Assembly: GCA_964555935.1 (NCBI GenBank)
Contig: CAZKUN010000005.1
Coordinates: 28,335 to 92,334, forward strand
DNA: 64,000 bases
Reading direction: 5' to 3'
Origin: an uncultured Armatimonadia bacterium
GTDB taxonomy: Bacteria > Armatimonadota > Zipacnadia > Zipacnadales > VGFC01
Shown here: piece after piece, positions 8,152 to 16,947 of the stretch
Layout of the letters: every line of letters starts with the position of its first letter
How positions within the stretch are numbered: position 1 is the first letter of the stretch
Program-made: the position numbers and the translations under genes
Notes under the pieces: generated by a model
The model's input: only the letters and a program-made list of their open reading frames with translations
The model's database searches: none
Told to the model about the DNA's origin: nothing

Positions 8152-10989
8152 TCAGCGGGTAACCTCGATGGTGGTTTCCTCGCCCGTCCTCCTGACCACC
8201 ACCGTCTCGCGAACGCCATTGCAGACGACTGCCACCGTGACCGCATCATCGCCGGTGGAAACGGTGACTTGTGGCGGCTCCGCTCCCGGCGCCAGTTCGA
8301 TCACGCTGGCAAACGCTGCCCGTGTCGCGCGCCGACGCGCGATGACCAGAGGGATCTCCTCCGACGGCGGCTGCCCCGGTCCATGCCCGGCGAAGACTTC
8401 CGTGTCCGCAGCGCCCGCCATGGTCAGTCGAACGCGCTTGTCGTCACCAAGCGACCACTCCGCCGACCACGCGTCGGAGGTGGTCGCCGCCCTGGTCGAG
8501 GCGATGTGCTGATAGCCGGACCCGTCGTGGATGGGCTCGGCGAGCGGCTCCAGCGGCAAGCGGACATCCAGCTCGCCCCGGTTGTGCCACGCCCAATCGT
8601 ACACGTGCTCGTCGTCGGATTCAGCGGTGACAACATCCACGAGGTGGTCGCCGATCAGCACGACCGCGCGTCTCAACGCAACGCCCGGGTAGGCTCCGTC
8701 GGTGGAGCCACTCATGGCCTGGTAGCCGTCCCCCACCTCGAACAGATCCAGCGTGCCGTCGGTCGGTTTCTGACTGGTCTGACCGACGACGATCGTATTG
8801 TGCGCGATCGTCTGTCGATACCACGTGCCGTGCAGCGGGACGCCGTATGCCAACCGGCCCGGGTCCGGCGCGATCTCAGAGCCGAGCGCGTAGAGGATCA
8901 GCGTCAGCTTGTCCGGGTGCCCGTGTCCGCCTCCATGCTGTCCGTAGTCGAGGTGGGCGTAGACCGCGTCGGGGCCGGAGCCCTTCCGCAGAATCGCGGC
9001 GCCTAAGCCCCCGAAGTCCCGGCTCTTCAGCTCAGGCAACGGACGTTCCTCGAACTCGTCCGGCCCGAGCAGCAGCGCCTCCAAAGACGTCCGCCCGCCG
9101 AGCGCGGCGACCGTCAAGTAGGCTGGATCATCCCAGCGGATCCCGGCGACCGCGTAGTTCGCTTCCTGATTCGCCAGTTGGAACTTGTCCGAATCGTTCA
9201 CCGCCGGGAAACGTGCGTCCGGCGTTACGTACTCCAGCGGCGCGTCGAACAGCGACCGATAGCGGTCATCGGCATACAGATTGACGCCCGCGTTACGCGC
9301 CATCTCCGAGGTGTAGACCAGCGCGCGAACGCTGTAGAAGTGATACGCGGCGGCTCCCTCGTACCAGAATCCATCGGACAGAATGCTATTGGCCATCTGG
9401 AACCGGAACCCGCTACGACCCTCGATCGCCCACCCCGCAAGCTGGGCATCCCGCAGGCAGAAACCGACCGCGCCGACGCCGGCGTTGTGCCACGTCTGCC
9501 AGTTGCTGATCCCCGCGTTGTGACGCATGATCGTTTCGCATGAGGGTCGCAAGAAGTCGTCCTCGATGCGCGCCCTATCCTCATCGCTGAGGCTGTTGTA
9601 GATCAGGTCATACGCCCACGCGACGCGGATGATGGAGACGGCCTCATCGAGCGTCTGCGCAAACCGGCGTCCGCCGGAGTTGCTCACCTTGCCCCGCGTA
9701 TTATGGATCTCGTAGCCACCGTACTTGTCGGCATACTGGAGGAGAATCTCGCGGGCCGAGTCGGCGTACTTCGCCTCACCCGTCCAGGCGTAGGCGAGCC
9801 CGAGGTCCTGCATCTTCGACGTGTACGCGCTGTGCGTGTAGGTGATCTGCACGTCGTCATAGGGCCAGCCGGTGAAGACCTCACCGTCGACCGGACAGAC
9901 GTGGCGCGTGGGGCCCTCGCCCTTGAGGTGACGGCCGTGGGTCGGGCACGAGTACCAGTGCGACCACTGTCCGCCCTTGTCGGGCACTTCGACGGGGTCG
10001 TCGAGCGCGGCGTCGGCCGCGGCGATGATCTTGTCGTAGATCTTCTTGGCCCAAGGCTGAGCTGCGGCCCGCGCCTTTGCCGCGGCCAGCTCCTCGCTCG
10101 TTGCCAGCAGGCACGGGTACTCCGCCGGCGGCAGGGGCACCATCGCGTTCACGGTGATCGGGGGAACGGTCGCGCCATCGGGTGGGTCCGCGAGCTCCAC
10201 GACACATGCCTCCCGCGTGAGGGGTTTCCGGTTGGACGCCCTGTCTCGGTCCATGCGCAGGACCAGTTCGATCTCGCTCGTCTCGCCCGCGCCCAGCACT
10301 TCCGTCTGCTCGCTAGCCAGCGTGGCTTGGAACGCATCCAGTCCATCGGCGTCGACCTTCAGGCGATACGCCCTCGCCTCATCCCCACGATTCGTGACGG
10401 AAAGCTGCCATGTCGCGGAGTACGTCTCGTCGGTCTGCTCGACGACCGGATTGCTTGACTTGAATGACACGACGTCCCGTTCGAGCGCGACGTCATCGAT
10501 GTACAGCGCGGTGTCGGCCTTCGCCGAGTGATCCCAACCACCCGTGTGGATCCGGAACGAGTCGATCTGATCCCAGCCTCGCGGATTACGGGTAGGCTGG
10601 ATGTCGCCGCCGAGGTGGAGATGGAACTGCTTCCACCCGGCCCAGTCGACGCGGAAGTGATGGAAGTAGTAGTCCCAACCCGCAGCGTCCTCGGGGTCCT
10701 CGGAATCGAGCACGAGGGTCAGCTTGGCGTTGTTGGCCACTGCCGAGTACATCCAGAATGTCAGCCGGGCGTACTCGCTCCAGTCCTTCGGCACGACGTC
10801 GGCCGGGACGACGAGGTTCGGGTTCTCGGGGTGGTTGACCCAGGCGGCCGAGGCCTCCCCCTGTTTGACGAACTCACTGTTTGCCACCGTGCCTTCCCAC
10901 GTCGCGCCCTCCTCAAAGTCGTCGAGCACGAGCCGAGCCGGTCCGCCGAACGCCGTCGTCGTCAGCACCGCCAACGCAATCGCGATCAT
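8152..10989 (-). CDS. secreted heparinase II/III-like (polysaccharide lyase-type) protein
   Basis: HGGGHGHPDKLTLILYA block and an alpha/alpha-toroid-like middle region typical of heparinase II/III or alginate-lyase-type proteins. I prefer the ATG at 10989 (MIAIALAVLTTTAFGG signal peptide) because it forms an ATGA overlap with the stop of the upstream nitroreductase gene. The listed start is 11004. Confidence 0.7.
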   Translation of the reverse strand: MIAIALAVLTTTAFGGPARLVLDDFEEGATWEGTVANSEFVKQGEASAAWVNHPENPNLVVPADVVPKDWSEYARLTFWMYSAVANNAKLTLVLDSEDPEDAAGWDYYFHHFRVDWAGWKQFHLHLGGDIQPTRNPRGWDQIDSFRIHTGGWDHSAKADTALYIDDVALERDVVSFKSSNPVVEQTDETYSATWQLSVTNRGDEARAYRLKVDADGLDAFQATLASEQTEVLGAGETSEIELVLRMDRDRASNRKPLTREACVVELADPPDGATVPPITVNAMVPLPPAEYPCLLATSEELAAAKARAAAQPWAKKIYDKIIAAADAALDDPVEVPDKGGQWSHWYSCPTHGRHLKGEGPTRHVCPVDGEVFTGWPYDDVQITYTHSAYTSKMQDLGLAYAWTGEAKYADSAREILLQYADKYGGYEIHNTRGKVSNSGGRRFAQTLDEAVSIIRVAWAYDLIYNSLSDEDRARIEDDFLRPSCETIMRHNAGISNWQTWHNAGVGAVGFCLRDAQLAGWAIEGRSGFRFQMANSILSDGFWYEGAAAYHFYSVRALVYTSEMARNAGVNLYADDRYRSLFDAPLEYVTPDARFPAVNDSDKFQLANQEANYAVAGIRWDDPAYLTVAALGGRTSLEALLLGPDEFEERPLPELKSRDFGGLGAAILRKGSGPDAVYAHLDYGQHGGGHGHPDKLTLILYALGSEIAPDPGRLAYGVPLHGTWYRQTIAHNTIVVGQTSQKPTDGTLDLFEVGDGYQAMSGSTDGAYPGVALRRAVVLIGDHLVDVVTAESDDEHVYDWAWHNRGELDVRLPLEPLAEPIHDGSGYQHIASTRAATTSDAWSAEWSLGDDKRVRLTMAGAADTEVFAGHGPGQPPSEEIPLVIARRRATRAAFASVIELAPGAEPPQVTVSTGDDAVTVAVVCNGVRETVVVRRTGEETTIEVTR

Positions 10990-11501
10990 GTGGTTGACTC
11001 CCAAGGTGTGCCGAACTGCTCGCTCGAGCAGATCTCACTCATCGGCTTTCTGGGTCGAGCATCCGGGTCAGCATCCGGCACGCCGATTGGCGTCAGGCAG
11101 AGGATCTCAAGCTCGGGCGGGATCCCGAGCACCGCCCTAACCTCGTCCTTGTCCATGGCGCCGATCCAGCACGTTCCATACCCGAAGGCAGTCGCCGCGA
11201 GGACCATATTCTGAAGGGCAATCGAGGCATCGACGCGCTGCCAGTCGCTCTCGGCGGGGAGACCGCAGACACAGACTGTCACATCCGCGTCCGCCATGAA
11301 CATCTGCCCCGCACAGGCTTTCGCAACCGCCTCTCGACGCTCCGGATCGCGCACCACGATGAAGTGCCACGGTTGACGGTTCCTGGCGCTGGGGGCTTGA
11401 CGGCCCGCTTCGAGAATCTGCTCGAGGTGATCGTCGGGGACCGGATCAGGGACGTAAGCCCGGACGCTGCGGCGGTTCCTAATGGCCTGAATGGTGTCCA
11501 T
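10986..11501 (-). CDS. nitroreductase-family protein
   Basis: MDTIQAIRNRRSVRAY...PSARNRQPWHFIVV...LQNMVLAATAFGYGTCWIG is the classical NAD(P)H-flavin nitroreductase fold signature. Confidence 0.85.
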   Translation of the reverse strand: MDTIQAIRNRRSVRAYVPDPVPDDHLEQILEAGRQAPSARNRQPWHFIVVRDPERREAVAKACAGQMFMADADVTVCVCGLPAESDWQRVDASIALQNMVLAATAFGYGTCWIGAMDKDEVRAVLGIPPELEILCLTPIGVPDADPDARPRKPMSEICSSEQFGTPWESTT

Positions 11502-11815
11502 GAGAGGTCTCCTGGCTGGATTCGTGCGGATGGGACACGGGCATCACATCCGCGTCGGCGAACAGGTCTGCGTGGGGTGCTGGCGAGGTAACGGGGGCCT
11601 AGAACGACTCCGTCGCCGCCCAAGCGGTGTTCCCTGGCCGCTCGGCCGACGACGGGGGCTCCTCCCCCGGTTGTCCTTTCGGAAATACCACCAAGGGGCG
11701 AGCGATGAGGCTTCAGCCTGATCGAGCTGTACTTGGATAGACGTACTTCGGGCCGTTTGGTTCTGCGAATGTGACACAGCGCACACTTCCCGACACGCCA
11801 TGGCTTGATTCGCCC

Positions 11816-12334
11816 TCATGCCTCGGCGTCCACGATCTCAAGATTGCCCCCGCACGAGGGGCACTTGTGTCCGGGTTCACGGATTGAATACTCGCTTGCA
11901 CAGTACGAGCATTTCTTCGATTTGCGGATCTCCCGCATCCCGGCGAAGGCGTAGTAGAGGTCGTCTCCGCGGATGAGGTGCTCGGCGAGCCCCTGCTGCA
12001 CGTGCCGCTCCAACGAGGCCGAGGCGTCGGCGACTGGCACCCGCAAGCCGCCGGCGACCTCCCCCACCGTCACCTCGCCACCCGACAGTCGCGCGAGCGC
12101 GAGGACCCGCTCGTCGACGCTCTCAGGTGACGTCTGGGCGAGCTTCGCCAGGTGGCGCACTGTGAAGATCGATCCGGCGGCCCCGATGACCAGCATCGTC
12201 AGCCCGATGACTAGGATGTGCGGTTTGCCGCCGCTCCCAATCATGAACGTGAGACCAACAAGGATCAGGATGATCGCAACGACCAGAAGGCACCCGGCAC
12301 CGAAGTACATCGATGACTTGCTTCCCATCGCCAT
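11816..12334 (-). CDS. membrane-anchored protein with wHTH-like segment and C-terminal zinc ribbon
   Basis: Two N-terminal hydrophobic helices, a helical segment (ERVLALARLSGGEVTVGEVAGGL...) and a C-terminal CSYC...CPSC ribbon. Confidence 0.5.
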   Translation of the reverse strand: MAMGSKSSMYFGAGCLLVVAIILILVGLTFMIGSGGKPHILVIGLTMLVIGAAGSIFTVRHLAKLAQTSPESVDERVLALARLSGGEVTVGEVAGGLRVPVADASASLERHVQQGLAEHLIRGDDLYYAFAGMREIRKSKKCSYCASEYSIREPGHKCPSCGGNLEIVDAEA

Positions 12335-12414
12335 TCCTCCAGGGCCCTCAGGGCCGAAGGTATCGTAGCAGCGTGGATGGAAACGTCTCCGATCTTTGCC
12401 CGAGGAGGGCCGCT

Positions 12415-12891
12415 ATGCCCACAGCAATTCGTCCCGCCGTCGCTGATGACATGCCCAGACTCCAGGAGATCGTCACCCAGATCTGGGCGATCGGATCCGA
12501 CTGGGAACTGGAGGAGAAGTACGGCTCCGTCGGAGACGAATCGTGGGACCGCTGGCTGGTCCCCAAAGTCATGTCCCGCCTCTGGGACGAGATCGCCGCG
12601 ACGCTCGTGACCGAGGTCGATGGCGAGATCGCCGGCTTCATCTCGCACGCGCTCAACAGCGCCCGGCGCGTTGGCTCGATCCACTTCAACGGCGTGGCGC
12701 CTGAGTTTCGCGGAAACGGAATCGGCACCCGCCAAGTCGAGCATGTTCTGGGTCTCATGCGCGAGGCCGGCATGGAGATCGCGGCTGTGGGGACGGGGAT
12801 GAACGACGGCCACGCGCCCGCGCGCCGCGTCTATGAAAAGGCCGGCTTCGAGCCGGTCATCGAGTACCGCATGTACGCTCAACGGCTGTGA
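12415..12891 (+). CDS. GNAT-family N-acetyltransferase
   Basis: MPTAIRPAVADDMPRLQEI... and an acetyl-CoA motif (VAPEFRGNGIGTRQVEHVL). The ATG at 12415 follows gaggaggg. The listed start at 12313 overlaps the convergent neighbour. Confidence 0.8.
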   Translation: MPTAIRPAVADDMPRLQEIVTQIWAIGSDWELEEKYGSVGDESWDRWLVPKVMSRLWDEIAATLVTEVDGEIAGFISHALNSARRVGSIHFNGVAPEFRGNGIGTRQVEHVLGLMREAGMEIAAVGTGMNDGHAPARRVYEKAGFEPVIEYRMYAQRL

Positions 12892-12901
12892 TCCGCTGCC
12901 G

Positions 12902-14233
12902 TCAATCGCCGACCACGCCCGGCAGGTCCAGCGCGCCGCGAGTCTCCGTGGCGAAGCGTCGCAATGTCTTGATGGCCGCGACGGGATTGACGTGTGGCGC
13001 CAAGTCGAGCAATCCCGGGTAGGCCATCAGCAGCTCCGTGTCGGTCTGCGAGGAGAACCGCCGCACGAAGGTGATCAGATCGACCAGGTTCGCTCGTGCG
13101 GCGGTATCCGGAGCCGTCAGCCCGCCCGTGCCCAGAGGATCTCGCATGTGGGCTTCCTTCGGCAGGCCCGCCGCATCCATCGAGACGGCTCTCACCATGC
13201 ATGGGATGCACGCGCCGCACGGTCGTGACATCCGCCCCGCCATCCAGCAGGATACCGCCCCCTGGATTTCCTCAATGCCAAAGTGCTGACTGAGCACGTC
13301 TCGCACCAACTCGCCTTTGGTGTGGTACACGAACGGGTTGGCGACCGCGATGTCGAGGCCGAGCGCGGCAACAAGTTCGCTGAACGCGGAGAGTGTCTGC
13401 GGGCGCGTCCCGGCGGTGGACTGGCCGCCAACGCGCGCCTCGGTGAGTGGCAAGTTCGCCGCCAACAGCCCATTCTCCGGGCAGACCAACTCTCGCGCCC
13501 CGGCCAGGTGGCAGGCGACGGCCCCGAGCGTCAGGTAGAGGAATGAGCGGGCGCGTTGCGAGGTCTCTCGTTCATCCGGCGGCGGGAACGGGTGGGACGT
13601 GTCAGCCGCGCGAGCCGGGCCGCAAGGGACGGCCACGAGCCTTGCGCCTTCGCCGAAGCGGCGCGTGAGGCACCCGTGGACATGCGTCTGCGAGGCCGCC
13701 ACGGTCGCGTTGTGGGGTCGGTGGGCGACGAAGACTGTCTTGCGACCGGCCGCCAGCAGCACCGCTGCGCCGGCGAAAGAGTCGAGGCCGCCCGACAGCA
13801 GCGACACGCAGTCGGCTTCGACCTCCGGCGCGGAAACGCCATCCGAAGCCTCGTCTTCAGCCTCGCGCGCGCAGAAGCCGAAGACATAGGCGTCTTTGCA
13901 CAGCACGTAGAGAAATCGCGCGAGCTGTGGCTCCACGGACGACCAGAAGTCGGGATCTCGCACGGGCACGAGGAACGAAGTCGAGCGGACCCAGTCCTCG
14001 TTCCGCCCGCGCGCAAACGCCAAGTCGGCTGAATAGACGGCCAGCGCGATCTCAAGAAAGTCCCGTAGCCGCGAGGGAATGGCGCCGGGCAGCTCTGCCG
14101 TGATGCGATCCAGGTCAAGCGCCACGTTCCGCCGATCGCCGTCGAAACAGACGGTGAGGTCGGGCTGCGCGTGGCCCGGCGGAGCATCACCCGCTCCGCC
14201 GGCCACGACCACTGTGCGCTGAGAGGGGGTCAT
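12902..14233 (-). CDS. QueC-like PP-loop ATPase with ~150-aa N-terminal extension (QatC-like)
   Basis: PP-loop VSLLSGGLDSFAG and a QueC-type C-terminal Cys cluster (SCW-x8-CGACIPCMVR; compare the SCY...CGKCDSC pattern of QueC). An unrelated ~150-aa domain lies in front. The ATG at 14233 (MTPSQRTVVV) makes an ATGA overlap with the stop of the upstream ORF. No queD/queE/queF genes are nearby. Confidence 0.75.
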   Translation of the reverse strand: MTPSQRTVVVAGGAGDAPPGHAQPDLTVCFDGDRRNVALDLDRITAELPGAIPSRLRDFLEIALAVYSADLAFARGRNEDWVRSTSFLVPVRDPDFWSSVEPQLARFLYVLCKDAYVFGFCAREAEDEASDGVSAPEVEADCVSLLSGGLDSFAGAAVLLAAGRKTVFVAHRPHNATVAASQTHVHGCLTRRFGEGARLVAVPCGPARAADTSHPFPPPDERETSQRARSFLYLTLGAVACHLAGARELVCPENGLLAANLPLTEARVGGQSTAGTRPQTLSAFSELVAALGLDIAVANPFVYHTKGELVRDVLSQHFGIEEIQGAVSCWMAGRMSRPCGACIPCMVRAVSMDAAGLPKEAHMRDPLGTGGLTAPDTAARANLVDLITFVRRFSSQTDTELLMAYPGLLDLAPHVNPVAAIKTLRRFATETRGALDLPGVVGD

Positions 14234-14964
14234 GCGATCCCTCCCAGGGCTCGAAGACTCTCGCCCAGAGCCGTCTTCAGCACGCCGCGATACTGCGAAG
14301 TGCTCGCCGGTCCCGCGTCGGCCGCGCGCCACAAGTCGTCCTCGAGGCCGCCTAGCTCCAACCCACGCGTGGTGCCCTCGCAGATGGCGGAGATGTCGCT
14401 CGTCAGTCTAGCCGCGTCAGCAACAGTTCCCAGACGCCCGCCACCTACGTGCGCCGGGAGGTCGCGCTCGACGAAGTACCTGAAAGCGTAAGACACGTCC
14501 TGAGCGAGGAACGTGCCGGCAAGCTCGGACAGGCGTCGCTCGGCTGCGTAGCGGGCCAATGCGGCGCGAACGGCTTCTGAAGTGTCATCCGCGCCCTGAC
14601 CGACCTCAAGCGCGGACGCGGAGAGCGCGTCCAATGCAATCTCGCCAAAACGCGAAGCCTCGCGCGCATCGATGATCGATCGCTCGGCCGTCGACCTCAG
14701 AGCGGCTGCGAGATCCCAGGAGGCAGGCAATGCGGGGGATACGGAGAGCTGGGCAGCGTCGATCGCGCCCGTGCTGGCGCCCGTCAGCGTACCCATGCAC
14801 CGGGCGACCGCCGCGTCGGCCATCTGCTCGCGCGTCGTAGGAGTTAGCGCGTCGACGATCCCCGAGACGATGGCTTCGGGTGGAGCTTCCGGGTCGGCGT
14901 AAAGCCTCTGGACCCGGTCCCAAGCCGGCGTGCGCGGCGACCTGTGACTAGAGGATGTTCCCAT
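14230..14964 (-). CDS. hypothetical alpha-helical protein coupled to the QueC-like gene (possible QatB analogue)
   Basis: Ala/Leu-rich ORF whose stop overlaps the downstream start (ATGA). I prefer the start at 14964 (MGTSSSHRSP...) because it leaves a ~100-nt divergent promoter gap. An alternative start is the listed 15039. I recognise no motif. Confidence 0.5.
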   Translation of the reverse strand: MGTSSSHRSPRTPAWDRVQRLYADPEAPPEAIVSGIVDALTPTTREQMADAAVARCMGTLTGASTGAIDAAQLSVSPALPASWDLAAALRSTAERSIIDAREASRFGEIALDALSASALEVGQGADDTSEAVRAALARYAAERRLSELAGTFLAQDVSYAFRYFVERDLPAHVGGGRLGTVADAARLTSDISAICEGTTRGLELGGLEDDLWRAADAGPASTSQYRGVLKTALGESLRALGGIA

Positions 14965-15064
14965 TGGTCGATTCTTGGGTGATGTTTCCCCTCTCGATGC
15001 CCAAACCCCTCCGCCACGAAGAGGAGATGCGGCGCGCATCCGGGAAATGCAGGGCCACAGACCA

Positions 15065-15856
15065 ATGGACGATAGACACTCCGGACAAGACAGACCACGC
15101 AGTAACGGGCCCTGCGCTTGCGGCAGCGCGCTGCCGGCGGCGCTGTGCTGCGACGCGCGACGCGCGTTCGCCGGCGAGACTCAGCCCGCGTCCTTCGTCC
15201 CCACCGACGAGGTCGATATCACCGCGGCCCAGTGGGAGCTGTCCATCGCGACGGTGCAGGCGATCGTGACCGTCTTGCCGGACGTTCCCGTTCCGCTGCT
15301 CGGCAACCGCACGCCCAGGGCATTGTGCGCGGCCGGCCCGGAAGAACGAGCCGCAGCCCATGCCTACCTGGATTCCCTGGCCAACACGGCCGAGGCGGTT
15401 GGGATCGAGTTCCCGAGCGGCGACATCGTCCGCGAGATGTTCACGCCCGAGACGCGCAAGCACTCGTGCGACGACCGCGACAATATCACGCTCGCGATGC
15501 TGACGCTCCAGCTTCTGGCGCGCGGCTTTGAGGAGCCGGCAGTGCTCGGCGCGCACAGGCTGTTCCGCGACATCAAGCGCGTGATGGCTGAGCATTTCCG
15601 CAAGCCCAATTCGTTTGCCGCGTCGGTTGACTTCGCGCTGTGCTGGATGCACTTCCGGCCGGAATCGCGCCAGGAGGTCGCCGACATCTACCAGGTCGGC
15701 GACGCAACGGTCGCGAAGCACTTCGGCGCCATGAAACAGGAGCTGAAGCTCGTCTGGTATGACCCCCGCTACGCCGTCCAGGACCCCGAGTGGCAGGAGA
15801 TGCTCGAGCGCCACGCGCAGGCGATGGCCAACGGCGAAGCCGCGGACCCCGAGTAG
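15065..15856 (+). CDS. SEC-C-motif protein, otherwise uncharacterised
   Basis: N-terminal GPCACGSALPAALCC matches the CxCGS-x7-CC SEC-C metal-binding pattern, and the rest is helical. The start is uncertain (15047 or 15065; listed 14975). It is divergent from the QueC-like pair. Confidence 0.5.
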   Translation: MDDRHSGQDRPRSNGPCACGSALPAALCCDARRAFAGETQPASFVPTDEVDITAAQWELSIATVQAIVTVLPDVPVPLLGNRTPRALCAAGPEERAAAHAYLDSLANTAEAVGIEFPSGDIVREMFTPETRKHSCDDRDNITLAMLTLQLLARGFEEPAVLGAHRLFRDIKRVMAEHFRKPNSFAASVDFALCWMHFRPESRQEVADIYQVGDATVAKHFGAMKQELKLVWYDPRYAVQDPEWQEMLERHAQAMANGEAADPE

Positions 15857-15926
15857 ACCCCAGATCAACCACGTCTGGCAGGAAGGTTGCAGGGCACGTG
15901 CCCGTAGGTGCGCCTGAGGGGAGGGT

Positions 15927-16415
15927 GTGCGAGTGGCAGCAAAGCGTCTTCGCAAGCGCAAGCCAAACAGCCGACCGCCGTGGTCGCCTGCGACGCCGGA
16001 TGCGGAAGAGCACGCCGAGCCGTTCATGCTCACCTGCACCGGTTGCGGCCAACCCGTCGAGAGCACTGAGCACGCGTGTCCGAGCTGCACTACGGTCTTC
16101 CACCAACGGCCCGGCACGGCGCCGCGGATTGAGAGTGGCCAGACGCCGCGACAGCTTGACGCCGAGGCTGTTGAGTTCTCCGACCGTATGGACGGGATCG
16201 AGAAGTGGACGCGGATCATCTGCATCCTGATCGGGACACTCGCGGCGATTGCCTTCGTCACGCTGCTGCTGCTTGGCTCGATTCGCGGATCGTTCCTCTT
16301 CGTTGTGATCGCGCTGGTCTGCCTGGCGCGAGGTCTCTACGGCGGCGACAAGGACCTTCACGTGTTGGAGTGGTTCGGCGGGTGGTCGTACGGACGTTGG
16401 CGATTCCGGCGGTAG
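15927..16415 (+). CDS. zinc-ribbon membrane protein, paralogue 1
   Basis: MLTCTGCGQPVESTEHACPSCTTVFHQRPGTAPRI...AVEFSDRMDGIEKW, then two hydrophobic helices. It is clearly paralogous to 16493..16921. Confidence 0.55.
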   Translation: MRVAAKRLRKRKPNSRPPWSPATPDAEEHAEPFMLTCTGCGQPVESTEHACPSCTTVFHQRPGTAPRIESGQTPRQLDAEAVEFSDRMDGIEKWTRIICILIGTLAAIAFVTLLLLGSIRGSFLFVVIALVCLARGLYGGDKDLHVLEWFGGWSYGRWRFRR

Positions 16416-16492
16416 GCATCTGGCCGCTCATGTCCTCTGCCAAGCGCCGCCCGTGACCGGGCGCGCGCTCGGAATGCGTGTGGTGAGAATCC

Positions 16493-16921
16493 ATGTCAGC
16501 ACAGCGTGTCCGTAGGCCGAACGCGTCGCGGGGGTGGCTGCAGTGGCTCGTCCCGCCAAAGCCGGCGGACGCGCCCGAGCGGGCGATGCTAACATGCACG
16601 GCGTGCTTCCGCCCGGTTGAGCCCGCCGAGCACTGCTGCCCAGACTGCGAGACTGTCTTCTATCAGCCGCCCGACACTGCCCCTCGCATCCCGGTGTCTG
16701 ACACGCCGAGCCAGCCCGACGCGAAGACGGCCGAGTTCTCAGAGAGGATGGAGCGGGTGGATGGCTGGCTGCGAGCGGCTTGCCTCACTGGGGTCGGCCT
16801 ATCCGCGGGTGCGCTTGTCGCGGCGCTCGCCACCGACAATGGCCACATGTGGTGGACGCCCGTATCGATCGCCCTGGCCTGCCTGGGTCGATACGCCTTC
16901 ATCGGCAATGCCGACCTCTAA
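16493..16921 (+). CDS. zinc-ribbon membrane protein, paralogue 2
   Basis: MLTCTACFRPVEPAEHCCPDCETVFYQPPDTAPRI...TAEFSERMERVDGW, then two hydrophobic helices. Confidence 0.55.
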   Translation: MSAQRVRRPNASRGWLQWLVPPKPADAPERAMLTCTACFRPVEPAEHCCPDCETVFYQPPDTAPRIPVSDTPSQPDAKTAEFSERMERVDGWLRAACLTGVGLSAGALVAALATDNGHMWWTPVSIALACLGRYAFIGNADL

Positions 16922-16947
16922 GCTTCGGACTGGGCGCCGGTAACCGT

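Noticed and set aside
7550-8512. 320-aa plus-strand ORF bridging the GGDEF gene and the heparinase-like gene
   Set aside because: It is antisense to two well-supported minus-strand genes and crosses their intergenic gap. Its composition is low-complexity Arg/Ala/Ser.
10986-10989. ATGA coupling of a nitroreductase to a heparinase-like gene as a functional clue
   Set aside because: 4-nt overlaps occur throughout this window between functionally unrelated genes (for example XPB with the 932-aa secreted protein). The overlap alone is not evidence of a shared pathway.
14948-16261. 437-aa minus-strand ORF spanning the divergent promoter and the SEC-C gene
   Set aside because: It has Arg/Gly/Ala-rich composition and no motifs. 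It would obliterate both the divergent intergenic gap and the plus-strand genes, which show paralogy-supported coding.
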